Part shown: positions 1-8,900 of the stretch, piece after piece
Numbering within the stretch: the stretch's first letter is position 1
How the letters are laid out: the number at the start of each line of letters is the position of its first letter
NCBI GenBank assembly: GCA_035292685.1
Contig: DATDPP010000040.1
Span: 1,398 to 65,397, forward strand
From: Acidimicrobiia bacterium
GTDB taxonomy: Bacteria; Actinomycetota; Acidimicrobiia; Spongiisociales; ZC4RG35
Length of the DNA stretch: 64,000 bases
Reading direction: 5' to 3'
Notes under the pieces: generated by a model
Databases searched by the model: none
What the model was told of the DNA's origin: nothing
Seen by the model: the letters and a program-made list of their open reading frames with translations, nothing else
Translations under genes and position numbers: made by a program

Positions 1-640
1 ACGGCCGAGGCCTTCGACGGGCGCTCACTGATTCACCTCGATCCGAAGATCGCTGCGATCGGTGACCGCTCTCCCCGTTTCCAGGGAGGTGGCAGGTCCG
101 AAGACCCGCCGGTCGGCAGGCCGCCCGACGATCCCGAAAGATCCCCGTTCGGTCTCCCGAACCACCCCGAGCATTCGGTTTCCCGATGCTCCGGGCACCC
201 GCACCGAGGGGATTCTTCCCGGATCGGCTTTCGCCGCTCCGTACCCACTGTCCGGGGTGCCTCAGGGTCACCCCTGTGGCGTTCGGGAAAAGTAGACCGT
301 GGCCATGGCCACCGCAAACCCAGGGGCGAATTGATTTTCGCGATCAGGTGTCCACTTTTCGCGGAGCGATCGCATGACCTCCGACCACGGGCGCGAGAAA
401 CCCCGAGGGAGCCTCGGCCGAAGCCTCAGCCCTCTCGGGGCTCTCGTACCACCCTGCCAGGAAAGCGGGCCCCCGGCCTGATGGCGATCCGGAAAAACCG
501 AAGTCTCTCCTTCCCCGGCTTGAAGTTTCCTCCATGTCGGTAGTCGGGAACGTAGGTAGTGCCTTGAGGAGCGTCAAGCGAGACGGCGGGTTTCTTTTCG
601 CGTCCTACCGGGTGATTTCGCGGTGCCCGAAAAGGCTCCG
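1..640 (-). ncRNA. Hairpin-rich non-coding region; candidate structured RNA of unknown identity (strand inferred from loop sequences)
   Basis: No protein-like ORF in any frame (only Arg/Pro-rich off-frame ORFs). At least 8 short stems: 39-52, 95-106, 130-143, 147-162, 169-191, 225-236, 254-274, 299-312. Read on the minus strand their loops are UUCG, UUCG, UUUCGG, GAGA, GAAA, GAAA. CCGAA (UUCGG on minus) occurs 7 times. Confidence 0.3.
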
Positions 641-642
641 CG

Positions 643-668
643 TTCCTGTCACCCGGGGTCCTTACACT
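643..668 (+). promoter_or_regulatory. Candidate damage-type promoter, site A: TTCCTGTC-N12-TACACT, 7 nt before ATG 676 (leaderless)
   Basis: TGTC at 647-650, 12-nt spacer, TANNNT -10 box at 663-668, then cgcctcc, then ATG. Same architecture as sites at 2783-2808, 57519-57544 and 59248-59273. Confidence 0.55.
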
Positions 669-675
669 CGCCTCC

Positions 676-1461
676 ATGACAGTCGAAGCACCCGACCGCC
701 AACTGACGACGCTCTCCCCCAGCCGGGCAGGTGACTTCAAGACATGTCCCCAATTGTTCAAGTTTCGGGCGATCGATCGCCTCCCCGAGCCCACTTCCGT
801 GTATCAGGCCAGGGGCACGACGGCCCATCTCGCCCTGCAGCGCCTCTTCGATCATCCGGCCCCGGAGCGCTCGCCCGATCTCCTCTACAACCTGTTCCGG
901 GAGGCGTGGACCGAATTGAGGGGCGACGAGGAGTTCGACGGGCTGTTCGAGGACACGGAAGCCGAGCGGACATGGGGTCTGGAGTCGATGGAGCTCCTCG
1001 CCAACTACTTCGGAGTGGAGGACCCAACCAGTTTCGACCCCGTCGACCGTGAGCTGGACATGCTCGAGGATCTCGACGGGATCGTGATTCGCGGCATCCT
1101 CGACAGGATGGACCGCGACCAGGATGGCCTTCTGGTCATCACCGACTACAAGACCGGATCGGCGCCCCCGGAGAGATACGCCCTACCTGCCTTCTTCGCC
1201 TTGAAGATCTATGCCCTGCTCATCAGAAGGCGGACCGGGGAGACTCCGAAGGAGGTCAGGCTGCTCTATCTGAACGGGCCCACCGAATACCGTCTCGAGG
1301 TAGACGACCGCCAACTCGACGCCATGGATGGTCAGCTGCGCGCGTTGTGGGCCGCGATCGAGCGAGCAATGACCTCGGGGCGGTATCCGACCAGGCCGAG
1401 CCGGTTGTGCGACTGGTGCTCGTTCAAGGAGATCTGCCCGGCCTTCGTGGAAGCCGTCTAA
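676..1461 (+). CDS. PD-(D/E)XK nuclease, Cas4/AddB-like with 4Fe-4S Cys ligands (RecB-family exonuclease)
   Basis: 261 aa. N-terminal Cys (KTCPQLF), core ITDYKTG, C-terminal CDWCSFKEIC (C-x2-C-x5-C). Confidence 0.8.
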   Translation: MTVEAPDRQLTTLSPSRAGDFKTCPQLFKFRAIDRLPEPTSVYQARGTTAHLALQRLFDHPAPERSPDLLYNLFREAWTELRGDEEFDGLFEDTEAERTWGLESMELLANYFGVEDPTSFDPVDRELDMLEDLDGIVIRGILDRMDRDQDGLLVITDYKTGSAPPERYALPAFFALKIYALLIRRRTGETPKEVRLLYLNGPTEYRLEVDDRQLDAMDGQLRALWAAIERAMTSGRYPTRPSRLCDWCSFKEICPAFVEAV

Positions 1462-2750
1462 GGAAAGATACCCCTCACCAGCTTGGCGTCCGCCACCTTG
1501 CGGATCCCTTTGATCAGGGCGGCGGTCCGTAGGTCCACATTCTCGCTGAGCGCGATGTTGTGCACGTCGCTGAAAGCCCGCGTCATGATCTCCCGGAGAC
1601 GGGCTACCACTTCGTTTTCCGTCCAGAAGTACTTCTGAACGTCCTGCACCCATTCGAAGTAGGAGACGGTGACCCCACCGGCGTTGGCGAGGATGTCGGG
1701 AACCATGAGCACCTCACGGGCCCGGAGCATGTCATCTGCCTCGATGGTCGTTGGGGCGTTGGCCCCCTCGAGGATGATCTTGGCCTGAATGTTGTCGGCG
1801 TTGTCGGCTCGGATCACGTTCTGGACCGCCGCCGGCACCAACACGTCGACAGGCAGGAAGAACAGCTCATCCCCATCGAGATGGTCGGCGTCCGGGTATC
1901 CCTCGAGAAACCGGTTCTCGTCGACCCAGTTCGTCAGCGTCTCGATCTTGAGCCCATCGGGGTTGTAGACAGCTCCGGAGATATCTGACACCGCCACGAC
2001 CCGGGCACCCATCTGATTGCCGGCTATCGCCGCATAGCGACCCACATTCCCGAAGCCGTGGATGGCGACCGTGGCATCCTTGGGGTCGAGCTCTCGAATC
2101 GCCGCCGCCTGGGGCAAGAGGAACATGATGCCCCGTCCGGTGGCCTCCCTCCGGGCGACACTCCCGCCGAGGGATGGTGGCTTGCCGGTGACCACTGCCG
2201 GCACGGAATGGCCGACGTGCTGGGAGTAGGTGTCCATCATCCATGCCATCACCTGCTCGTTGGTCCCGAGGTCGGGAGCAGGAATGTCGGTATCCGGGCC
2301 GATCAGATGGATGATCTCCATGGTGAATCGTCGGGTCACCCTTTGCAGCTCGGCCCGGGAGAGCTGCATCGGGTCGAGACGAACCCCGCCCTTGGCCCCT
2401 CCGAACGGCAGCCCCACGATCGAGCACTTCCAGGTCATCAGCATGGCAAGGGCAGCGACCTCGCCCAGGTCGACGTCGGGGGCGAAACGGATCCCGCCCT
2501 TGGTCGGCCCCATGGTGGTCAGATGCTGCACCCGATAGCCGAACAGCGTCTCCACTTCGGAGTAATTGTCATGCCGAAACGGGAAGCTGACGGTCGTGGA
2601 CTTCTGGGGGACCCGGAGCCTGTCCGCCACGTTGTCGTCGAGACCCATCAGCCGCGCCACCCGGTCGAACTGGCCGACCGCCTCGTGGTACATGGGTGAG
2701 TCGAATTCGTGACCGACGGCCTTCACCACCGGAGTGAGTGTCTTTGTCAT
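1458..2750 (-). CDS. gdh: Glutamate dehydrogenase (Glu/Leu/Phe/Val dehydrogenase family)
   Basis: Track ORF 1458..3473 trimmed to ATG 2750 (MTKTLTP), which has a GGGGG SD-like run just upstream. Motifs FGGAKGGVRLDP and GFGNVG. The N-terminal 241 aa of the track ORF are Arg/Gly/Pro junk. Confidence 0.9.
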   Translation of the reverse strand: MTKTLTPVVKAVGHEFDSPMYHEAVGQFDRVARLMGLDDNVADRLRVPQKSTTVSFPFRHDNYSEVETLFGYRVQHLTTMGPTKGGIRFAPDVDLGEVAALAMLMTWKCSIVGLPFGGAKGGVRLDPMQLSRAELQRVTRRFTMEIIHLIGPDTDIPAPDLGTNEQVMAWMMDTYSQHVGHSVPAVVTGKPPSLGGSVARREATGRGIMFLLPQAAAIRELDPKDATVAIHGFGNVGRYAAIAGNQMGARVVAVSDISGAVYNPDGLKIETLTNWVDENRFLEGYPDADHLDGDELFFLPVDVLVPAAVQNVIRADNADNIQAKIILEGANAPTTIEADDMLRAREVLMVPDILANAGGVTVSYFEWVQDVQKYFWTENEVVARLREIMTRAFSDVHNIALSENVDLRTAALIKGIRKVADAKLVRGIFP

Positions 2751-2782
2751 TCGAACCCCCATGCTATGAGGTCGGAGCGGGT

Positions 2783-2808
2783 TTCCTGTCACAGGCCACC
2801 CGTAGCGT
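2783..2808 (+). promoter_or_regulatory. Candidate damage-type promoter, site B: TTCCTGTC-N12-TAGCGT, 7 nt before ATG 2816
   Basis: TGTC at 2787-2790, 12-nt spacer acaggccacccg, TAGCGT at 2803-2808, ggtgccc, ATG 2816. CCTGTCACAGG is also an inverted repeat. Confidence 0.5.
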
Positions 2809-2815
2809 GGTGCCC

Positions 2816-2959
2816 ATGAGACAGTTGATGAAGGAAGAGCCCGCAGCCCTGAACCAGGAAGCCGACCCCTACTCGGACCCCGTCCTCTACCTGCGGGCCT
2901 TGGGCATCGAAGCGGAACTGATAGAAACCCGGGACACCGATCTCCCTTCCGCTGCCTGA
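2816..2959 (+). CDS. Small acidic hypothetical protein (47 aa), possible leaderless first gene of the adnAB unit
   Basis: MRQLMKEEPAALNQEADPYSDPVLYLRALGIEAELIETRDTDLPSAA. Mostly G/C third positions. The ATG sits exactly where the other three motif sites place their start codon. Ends 16 nt before the adnA GTG. Confidence 0.35.
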   Translation: MRQLMKEEPAALNQEADPYSDPVLYLRALGIEAELIETRDTDLPSAA

Positions 2960-2975
2960 TACCTACGATCGCCAG

Positions 2976-5939
2976 GTGACAGTCAGGGAGATCCGGGTCG
3001 ATCCCGGAGACTGGGATTCGGCGGTGTCCGACCCCGACGGCGCCCAGCTGATCGTCGCCGGTCCCGGGACCGGCAAGACCGAGTTCTTGATCCAGCGGGT
3101 GACTCACATCGTCAACAGCGGTCGGGCCCGCCGCGACCAGATCTCGCTTCTCACCTTCTCGCGGCGCGCCGCAGCCGACATGAGGCGACGGGTGGGAATC
3201 ACCCTCGGTGGGTCCGGAGTGCCCGTTGACGCCTCCACCTTCCATTCTCTGGCGCTCAGGTTGCTGGAGACAGGCAACGCAGGCGAGCGCCCGGTCCCCC
3301 TCACCCCACCGGAACAGGTGACCCTCGTGGCAGACCTTCTGGCAAAGGAGGACCCGAGCCAATGGCCCGTCACATACCGGGGCATCCTCAACACCAGGAT
3401 CTTCGCAGCGGAGATCGCCGACTTTCTCACCCGGTGCTCGGAGCGCCTCCTCTCCCCCTCCGATCTGGAGCAACGCGCCGAAGAGCGCGCCGATTGGCGA
3501 GGCATCCCCGGTCTGTTCCGTCGCTACCGGGAAGCTCTCGAGGCATTGCCGCGAACCGACTACGGCACTCTCCTCGTCTCGGCAGTGGAGATGCTGGGCA
3601 CCGCCCGGGGACAGGAGCTGGCAGCTGGGTTTCGCTACGTGATCGTCGACGAATACCAGGACACATCACCGGCCCAGGCCGAGTTTGCCGGGTTGCTCGC
3701 CATGAGTCACGGCAACCTCACCGTGGCCGGGGACCCCTATCAATCGATCTACTCGTTTCGTGGGGCTGAGTTGAGGAATATCGCCCAATTCGCCGACCGG
3801 CACCGCGAGCTGACCCGGATCGTGCTGACCCAAAGCCTCCGGGTTCCATCCGACATCATGGAAGCGGCCCTCCGGGTGGTGTCATCGGGTGAACTGCCGG
3901 GTTCGGCGGGGCCGGTGCAGCCTGCGGAGCACAAGGGCCGGGTCGAAGCCCACGTCTTCGACCAGGAAACGGCAGAGGCTGACTGGATCGCCCGTGAGGT
4001 GGAGCACGTGATCCGGGTCGAGGGAGTGAGCCCATCTGCGGTGGCGGTGTTGGTGCGCTCCAAGCGCGAGTTGATCAACGAGTTGAGCCGGGCCCTCGAA
4101 CGAAGGTCGGTTCCGCACGATTCCCCGGACTCGCGACTCGTCGATCATCCTGCGGTTCGGGTCTTCGACGACCTGGCCCGGGTCGCCGCGCTGGAAGGCG
4201 GCCATCGGCGGGCCACCCCTGGCGAGAGGGCCGACGCCGACCGGGCGATGCGTCGCCTCCTGCTCGGGCCTCTGGTAACCCTCGGGTTGGGTCAGGAGCG
4301 AGCGATGCTGAGGGAGCGTCGGAGGAGCGGAGCCTCCTGGGCCGAAGTCGTTGGCACCGAATTGCCCGAGCGGACCGACCTCGAGGAGTTGCTCGCCGAC
4401 CCTTCGTGGGCCGCGGCTATACCCGCTGCCGACGGTTTCTGGGAGGCATGGAACCGCTTGCAGGGCGTGGATCGGCTTGTCGCCGACCCCGATCGGCGAC
4501 TATGGCGTCTCGCCATCACCGCCTTCGCTCAGGTTCTCACCCGCCAGGCGGAACGGGACGAGAAGGTCACTTTGGCCCGCTTCTTCGAGATGGCCCAGGA
4601 CGAGGGGTTCGAATCCGAGCCTCTCCTGGCGTTCCGGCCTCAGGAAGACCAGGTCACGCTCACCACCCTGCATCAGTCGAAAGGGCTCGAATTCGATGTG
4701 GTCTTCATCGCCAATGCTGTGGAAGGTATTTTCCCCGACCTGCGACGGAGTCGTCGAATGCTGCGACCCGAGTTGCTGTCACCTGAGCGGACAACGGACG
4801 CCGCGGCCCAGCATCTGTTCCAGGTCCAGGAGGAGATGCGTCTCGCCTACACCGCAATGACCCGGGCTCGCTTGCGGGTTGTGTGGACCGCCACAGCCGC
4901 CGGGGTCGACCAGGGTGAGCACCGTCCTTCTCGATTCCTGGTCGCGGCATCGGGTGTCGACTCGGTCTCCGATCTCGGCCGCCCCGGCGACGACGAACGC
5001 CAACCGGTGACCGTCATCGAGGCCGAGGTGGCAATGCGCCGAACCCTGTTCGACCCCGAGCGAACGGCGGCCGATCGCCTGGCCGCCGCCCGGGTCCTCG
5101 GTTCTCCACCTGAGGTTTGGTGGGAGGCTTCGGCCTTCGCCGGCGTCAGAGAGCCCGGCCCCGACCAGCCGATCATCGGAGAGGATCTTCGGCTGTCGCC
5201 CAGCCAGGCCGACTCCTATGCCACCTGCCCCCGCCGCTACGCCCTCGAGCGGAGGCTTCGATTGGGCGACGCCGGATCGCCCTACGCCCAATTCGGCACC
5301 CTGTTCCATGCCGCCATGGAAGGCTCCGAGGCCGACGTCGTGGGCACCGGGAAGGCGCATGCCGATCTCGAGAACGCCCTGGGCCATTTGCGCCGGGTCT
5401 GGGACGGGGAAGCCGACTTCGGCACTCCGGAGTTGAACGCGGCGTGGTTGAGACATGCCGAGGCGGCGCTCACCAAGCTCTACACGCTATGGCCGAGCCC
5501 CGACGGACAGCCGATCGGGTTGGAGATGAAGGTCGAATCGGTGATCGACGACACCCCATGGATGGGCCTGGTCGATCGTCTCGAGCGGACACCCGTCGGT
5601 CTCAAAGTGGTCGACTACAAGACGTCCAAGAGCGCCGCCACCGTCGAGGAGGGCAACAGCTCGATCCAACTCGCCTTTTATGCCTCGGCTGTCGCCCGGT
5701 CCTACGGGGAGCCGGTGATCGGCGCCGAGATGTGGTATCCGAGGGTCGACACCAAGAAGGTCACCACCCGTTCCCTCGATCTCGATCATCTGACCGAGGT
5801 CGAGGCGACGATGGCGCAGGTCACGAGGTCCATCCGCTCCGAGCTCTGGGGGCCCAGAGTTGGCGACGGCTGCCGAAACTGTGGTTTCAAGAAGTCGTGC
5901 CCCGCCTGGCCGGAGGGTCAGGGAGCCTTCCTGCCATGA
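2976..5939 (+). CDS. adnA: AdnA-like helicase-nuclease subunit (UvrD/Rep SF1 motor plus C-terminal RecB-type Fe-S nuclease)
   Basis: 987 aa. Motifs GPGTGKT, VIVDEYQDTSP, TLHQSKGLEFD. C-terminal nuclease with CPRRY, VVDYKTS and CRNCGFKKSC. Confidence 0.85.
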   Translation: MTVREIRVDPGDWDSAVSDPDGAQLIVAGPGTGKTEFLIQRVTHIVNSGRARRDQISLLTFSRRAAADMRRRVGITLGGSGVPVDASTFHSLALRLLETGNAGERPVPLTPPEQVTLVADLLAKEDPSQWPVTYRGILNTRIFAAEIADFLTRCSERLLSPSDLEQRAEERADWRGIPGLFRRYREALEALPRTDYGTLLVSAVEMLGTARGQELAAGFRYVIVDEYQDTSPAQAEFAGLLAMSHGNLTVAGDPYQSIYSFRGAELRNIAQFADRHRELTRIVLTQSLRVPSDIMEAALRVVSSGELPGSAGPVQPAEHKGRVEAHVFDQETAEADWIAREVEHVIRVEGVSPSAVAVLVRSKRELINELSRALERRSVPHDSPDSRLVDHPAVRVFDDLARVAALEGGHRRATPGERADADRAMRRLLLGPLVTLGLGQERAMLRERRRSGASWAEVVGTELPERTDLEELLADPSWAAAIPAADGFWEAWNRLQGVDRLVADPDRRLWRLAITAFAQVLTRQAERDEKVTLARFFEMAQDEGFESEPLLAFRPQEDQVTLTTLHQSKGLEFDVVFIANAVEGIFPDLRRSRRMLRPELLSPERTTDAAAQHLFQVQEEMRLAYTAMTRARLRVVWTATAAGVDQGEHRPSRFLVAASGVDSVSDLGRPGDDERQPVTVIEAEVAMRRTLFDPERTAADRLAAARVLGSPPEVWWEASAFAGVREPGPDQPIIGEDLRLSPSQADSYATCPRRYALERRLRLGDAGSPYAQFGTLFHAAMEGSEADVVGTGKAHADLENALGHLRRVWDGEADFGTPELNAAWLRHAEAALTKLYTLWPSPDGQPIGLEMKVESVIDDTPWMGLVDRLERTPVGLKVVDYKTSKSAATVEEGNSSIQLAFYASAVARSYGEPVIGAEMWYPRVDTKKVTTRSLDLDHLTEVEATMAQVTRSIRSELWGPRVGDGCRNCGFKKSCPAWPEGQGAFLP

Positions 5940-8900
5940 GATCCCTCATTCCGAGCCCCGAACAAGCCGAAATCCTGTCACTCGGTCCCGACTCCATTCG
6001 GATCCGGGCCGGCGCCGGGACCGGCAAGACCACCACCGTGGCGATGGTCATCTCCAACCTCATCACCAACCACTACGTCGACCCCGAGCGCATCCTGGGT
6101 ATCACGTTCACCAACAAGGCGGCGTCCGAGTTGGCCGATCGAGTCCGTTCGACCATTACCGGGATCGTCGACGAAGGGCGTCAGATCGAGGTCCACACCT
6201 ATCACGGTTTCGCAGCCCAGGTCCTCTTCGAGTTCGGGGCCCTGGTCGGTGTCGACAATCGGGTCAAGGTGATAACTCCCACCTTCTCGCGACAGATCCT
6301 GGCCGAGACCTTTGATCACACCACCTACCAACACCTCGACATCACCAATCGGATGACTCTCGACAGGATCCGGGGCCTCGGCGACCGTCTCGGGGATCAC
6401 CTCCTCGAGCCCGGGGACCTGCTCGGCCAGGAGCACCCCGATGACGAGACATGGGACAACCGCAACGAAATGTTGCAGACCCTGCTCCGGTACAGCGAGG
6501 ACAAGCGACGGCTCGGTGTTGTCGACTACGCCGACCTGGTGACCCTTTCGACGAGGATCTTCCGCACCCATCCCGGGCTCGCCGGCGAGATACGGGACCG
6601 ATATCAGGTGGTGGTGCTCGACGAGTACCAGGACACCAATCCGGGACAGAGGGTGTTGCTCACCACGATATTTGGTGAGGGCTTCCCGGTGATCGCGGTG
6701 GGAGACGAAGACCAGACGATCTATGAGTGGCGAGGGGCGTCGTCCGAGAACTTCGAGCTGTTCCCGTTGCACTTCCGGGCCGCCGGCGGGGGCCCGCCCC
6801 AGGACCGGAGCTTGACTCTCAACCGGAGATCTTCACAAACAATCCTCGATGTGGCCAATGAGATCCGGCGCAAGGCGAACCCGGCTGCCGAGTTGCTCTT
6901 GACCAGCGACCCGGAAAAGGAAGGCCAGGTGATCACGTACTGGGCAGGAGACGCGCTGGCCGAGGCCGATTGGATCGCACGTCGCTTCGAGGAGCTCCAC
7001 GACGACGGTGTGCCGTTTTCGGAGATGGCGGTCCTCTTCCGCAAGAACAAGGACTTTGCGGTGGTGGTCGACGCCATGGCCAGAAATGGCATCCCCGTGG
7101 AGGTGGCCAACGTGGGCGGGCTGTTGTCGGTGCCCGAGGTTGCGGAGCTCCGATCGTGGCTCACAGTCATCGAGAGACCGGAGAACTCAGCCGCCCTGGT
7201 GGAGATCCTCTTCGGTTCCCGTTATCGACTCGGGCTGGCCGACATCGCACCGTTGAGCCTCTGGGTGTCGGCCGCCGAGCCGGTGCGGGATCGGGAAGAG
7301 GAAAACCCGATCACCCTTCTCGAGGCAATCGAGGACATCGACCGGATCACAGGGATTCGTGACGATGCGCGCTCCGCCCTCAGGCATTTTCTCGGGTTGT
7401 ATCGAACGGTTCTCACCGAGAGTCAGGGGATGAGCCTGGTCGAAACCTGCCGTCTCATACTCGATCGGACCCGGGCCTGGCAGGACATCGAGGCGCTCCC
7501 CGGCGCCACCAGGCTGACCGCCCGTCTCAACCTCCATCGCCTCCTCGACCTGGCCGAGGATTGGAGCCCGCTGATCGGTCGTCCCTCGTTGGAGGCCTTC
7601 CTCGACTATCTGGGCGCCATGGAGGACGAGCCCGCCGAGGAGCTCGACTCCGCCCATCTATCGGGCGAGGACGCGGTGACACTGGTGACCGTTCATCGGG
7701 CCAAGGGCCTGGAATGGGACGTGGTCGCCATCCCGGCGGTGACCGACCAGAACTTCCCGAGCCGGGCCCGTCAACATCCCGACCCGGATCGATTCGCCGA
7801 GTATCTCCCGGTCCAAAACCGAATCGACACCGCCCTCGCCGACATGCCCGATGACGAGGCGGCGCGGCAGGAATACTTGAAGGCGAGAAATGACATTCAG
7901 GAATGGCGAACGGCATATGTGGCAGCCACCCGTGCCCGGTCGCTGCTCATGGTGACGGGAGCCTATTGGTACGGCCTGCCCGAGCCCACCATCAAAGCCA
8001 AGAAGCCATCGCCGCTCTTCGAGCTCGTCGAGTCACACCCCGCCACCCACATCGCAGGGCATGAGGTCGAGCCGGCGCGACCGGCTCTTCTGCGGCGGGC
8101 GCCGGATGCAGCGACACCCGACCCTGTGTTCGAGCAGGGTTGGGACGGAGGGCTCCGGCTGGCGATGTCGGACCACGAGGCGATGAGCCGACGCGCCAGC
8201 GAGCTGGGGGCAGGGTCGGAGTTCGACCAGAGAGTTGACGAGTTGGTCGGACGCCTGTTCGAGCTGGCGGCAACGGAGCAGATCCCCCAGGCTCCCCAGG
8301 ATCAAAGGACAGTCTCGGTGACAGGCCTCGTCACCTACGCCCAATGCCCGAAGCGGTTCTACTGGTCGGCGGTCGACCCTCTGCCTCGAGGGAGGAGCCC
8401 TTCCGCCGTGGCCGGGACCGAGCTCCACCGCCGGATCGAACTGCACCAACGAGGGCAGGTGCCCTTCGAACAGTTCTCCGAGGATCTCTACGACGTGCCC
8501 GACGAGGCGGCAGGTGATGGTGGCTTCAACGCATTTCGCGACTCCAGATTTGCCGAGCGCCGGGCCGCATTGGTTGAAGCGCCGTTCGAGCTCCTCGCTG
8601 GTGACGGCTATCGGGTCCGCGGGCGGATCGATGCGGTCTACGTCGACGGACGCCACTGGGAGGTCGTCGACTTCAAGAGCGGGAGACCCAGCACCGACCC
8701 CTCCCGGATCGTCCAACTCCAGTCCTACGCCATGGCGGCCACCGACATCGACTTCGGGCATCCAGCCCCCGAGGAGCTGGATGCCACGTTCGCCTACCTC
8801 GGTGGTGGCCTGGTCGAGGACACCTATCGGGCCGACGCCGCCTGGATCGAAGAGGCGAGGTCGGACATCACCACCCTCATCCAATCGATCGATGACAAAG

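Noticed and set aside
1-640. Tested this region by eye as RNase P RNA, tmRNA, SRP RNA or a cobalamin riboswitch
   Set aside because: The signature strings are absent on both strands: GAGGAAAGUCCGGGC with ACAGAACCCGGCUUA for RNase P, a GGUUCGAxUCC...CCACCA 3' end for tmRNA, and GCCACUG plus the AGYCAGGAGACCUGCC B12 box. Only partial look-alikes occur (GGAGGAAACUUC, GGGAGACCGAAC, the latter being a local GAGA hairpin). Identity is left open.
2751-2764. TCGAAC half-site suggesting a LexA/Cheo SOS box between gdh and adnA
   Set aside because: The second half (GTTCGA after a 4-nt spacer) is missing; the sequence reads TCGAACCCCCATGC. I saw no full GAAC-N4-GTTC box near the repair genes.
2751-3473. 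N-terminal 241-aa extension of the glutamate dehydrogenase ORF (a similar extension occurs at 5117-5935 for adnB)
   Set aside because: The extensions overlap real genes on the other strand or in another frame and look like junk sequence. Internal starts with an SD or an ATGA overlap give proteins of canonical length.
4606-4616. GGTTCGAATCC, a tRNA T-loop-like string
   Set aside because: The flanks do not form a T-stem or acceptor stem, and the string lies inside the adnA reading frame. I found no tRNA gene anywhere in the window.
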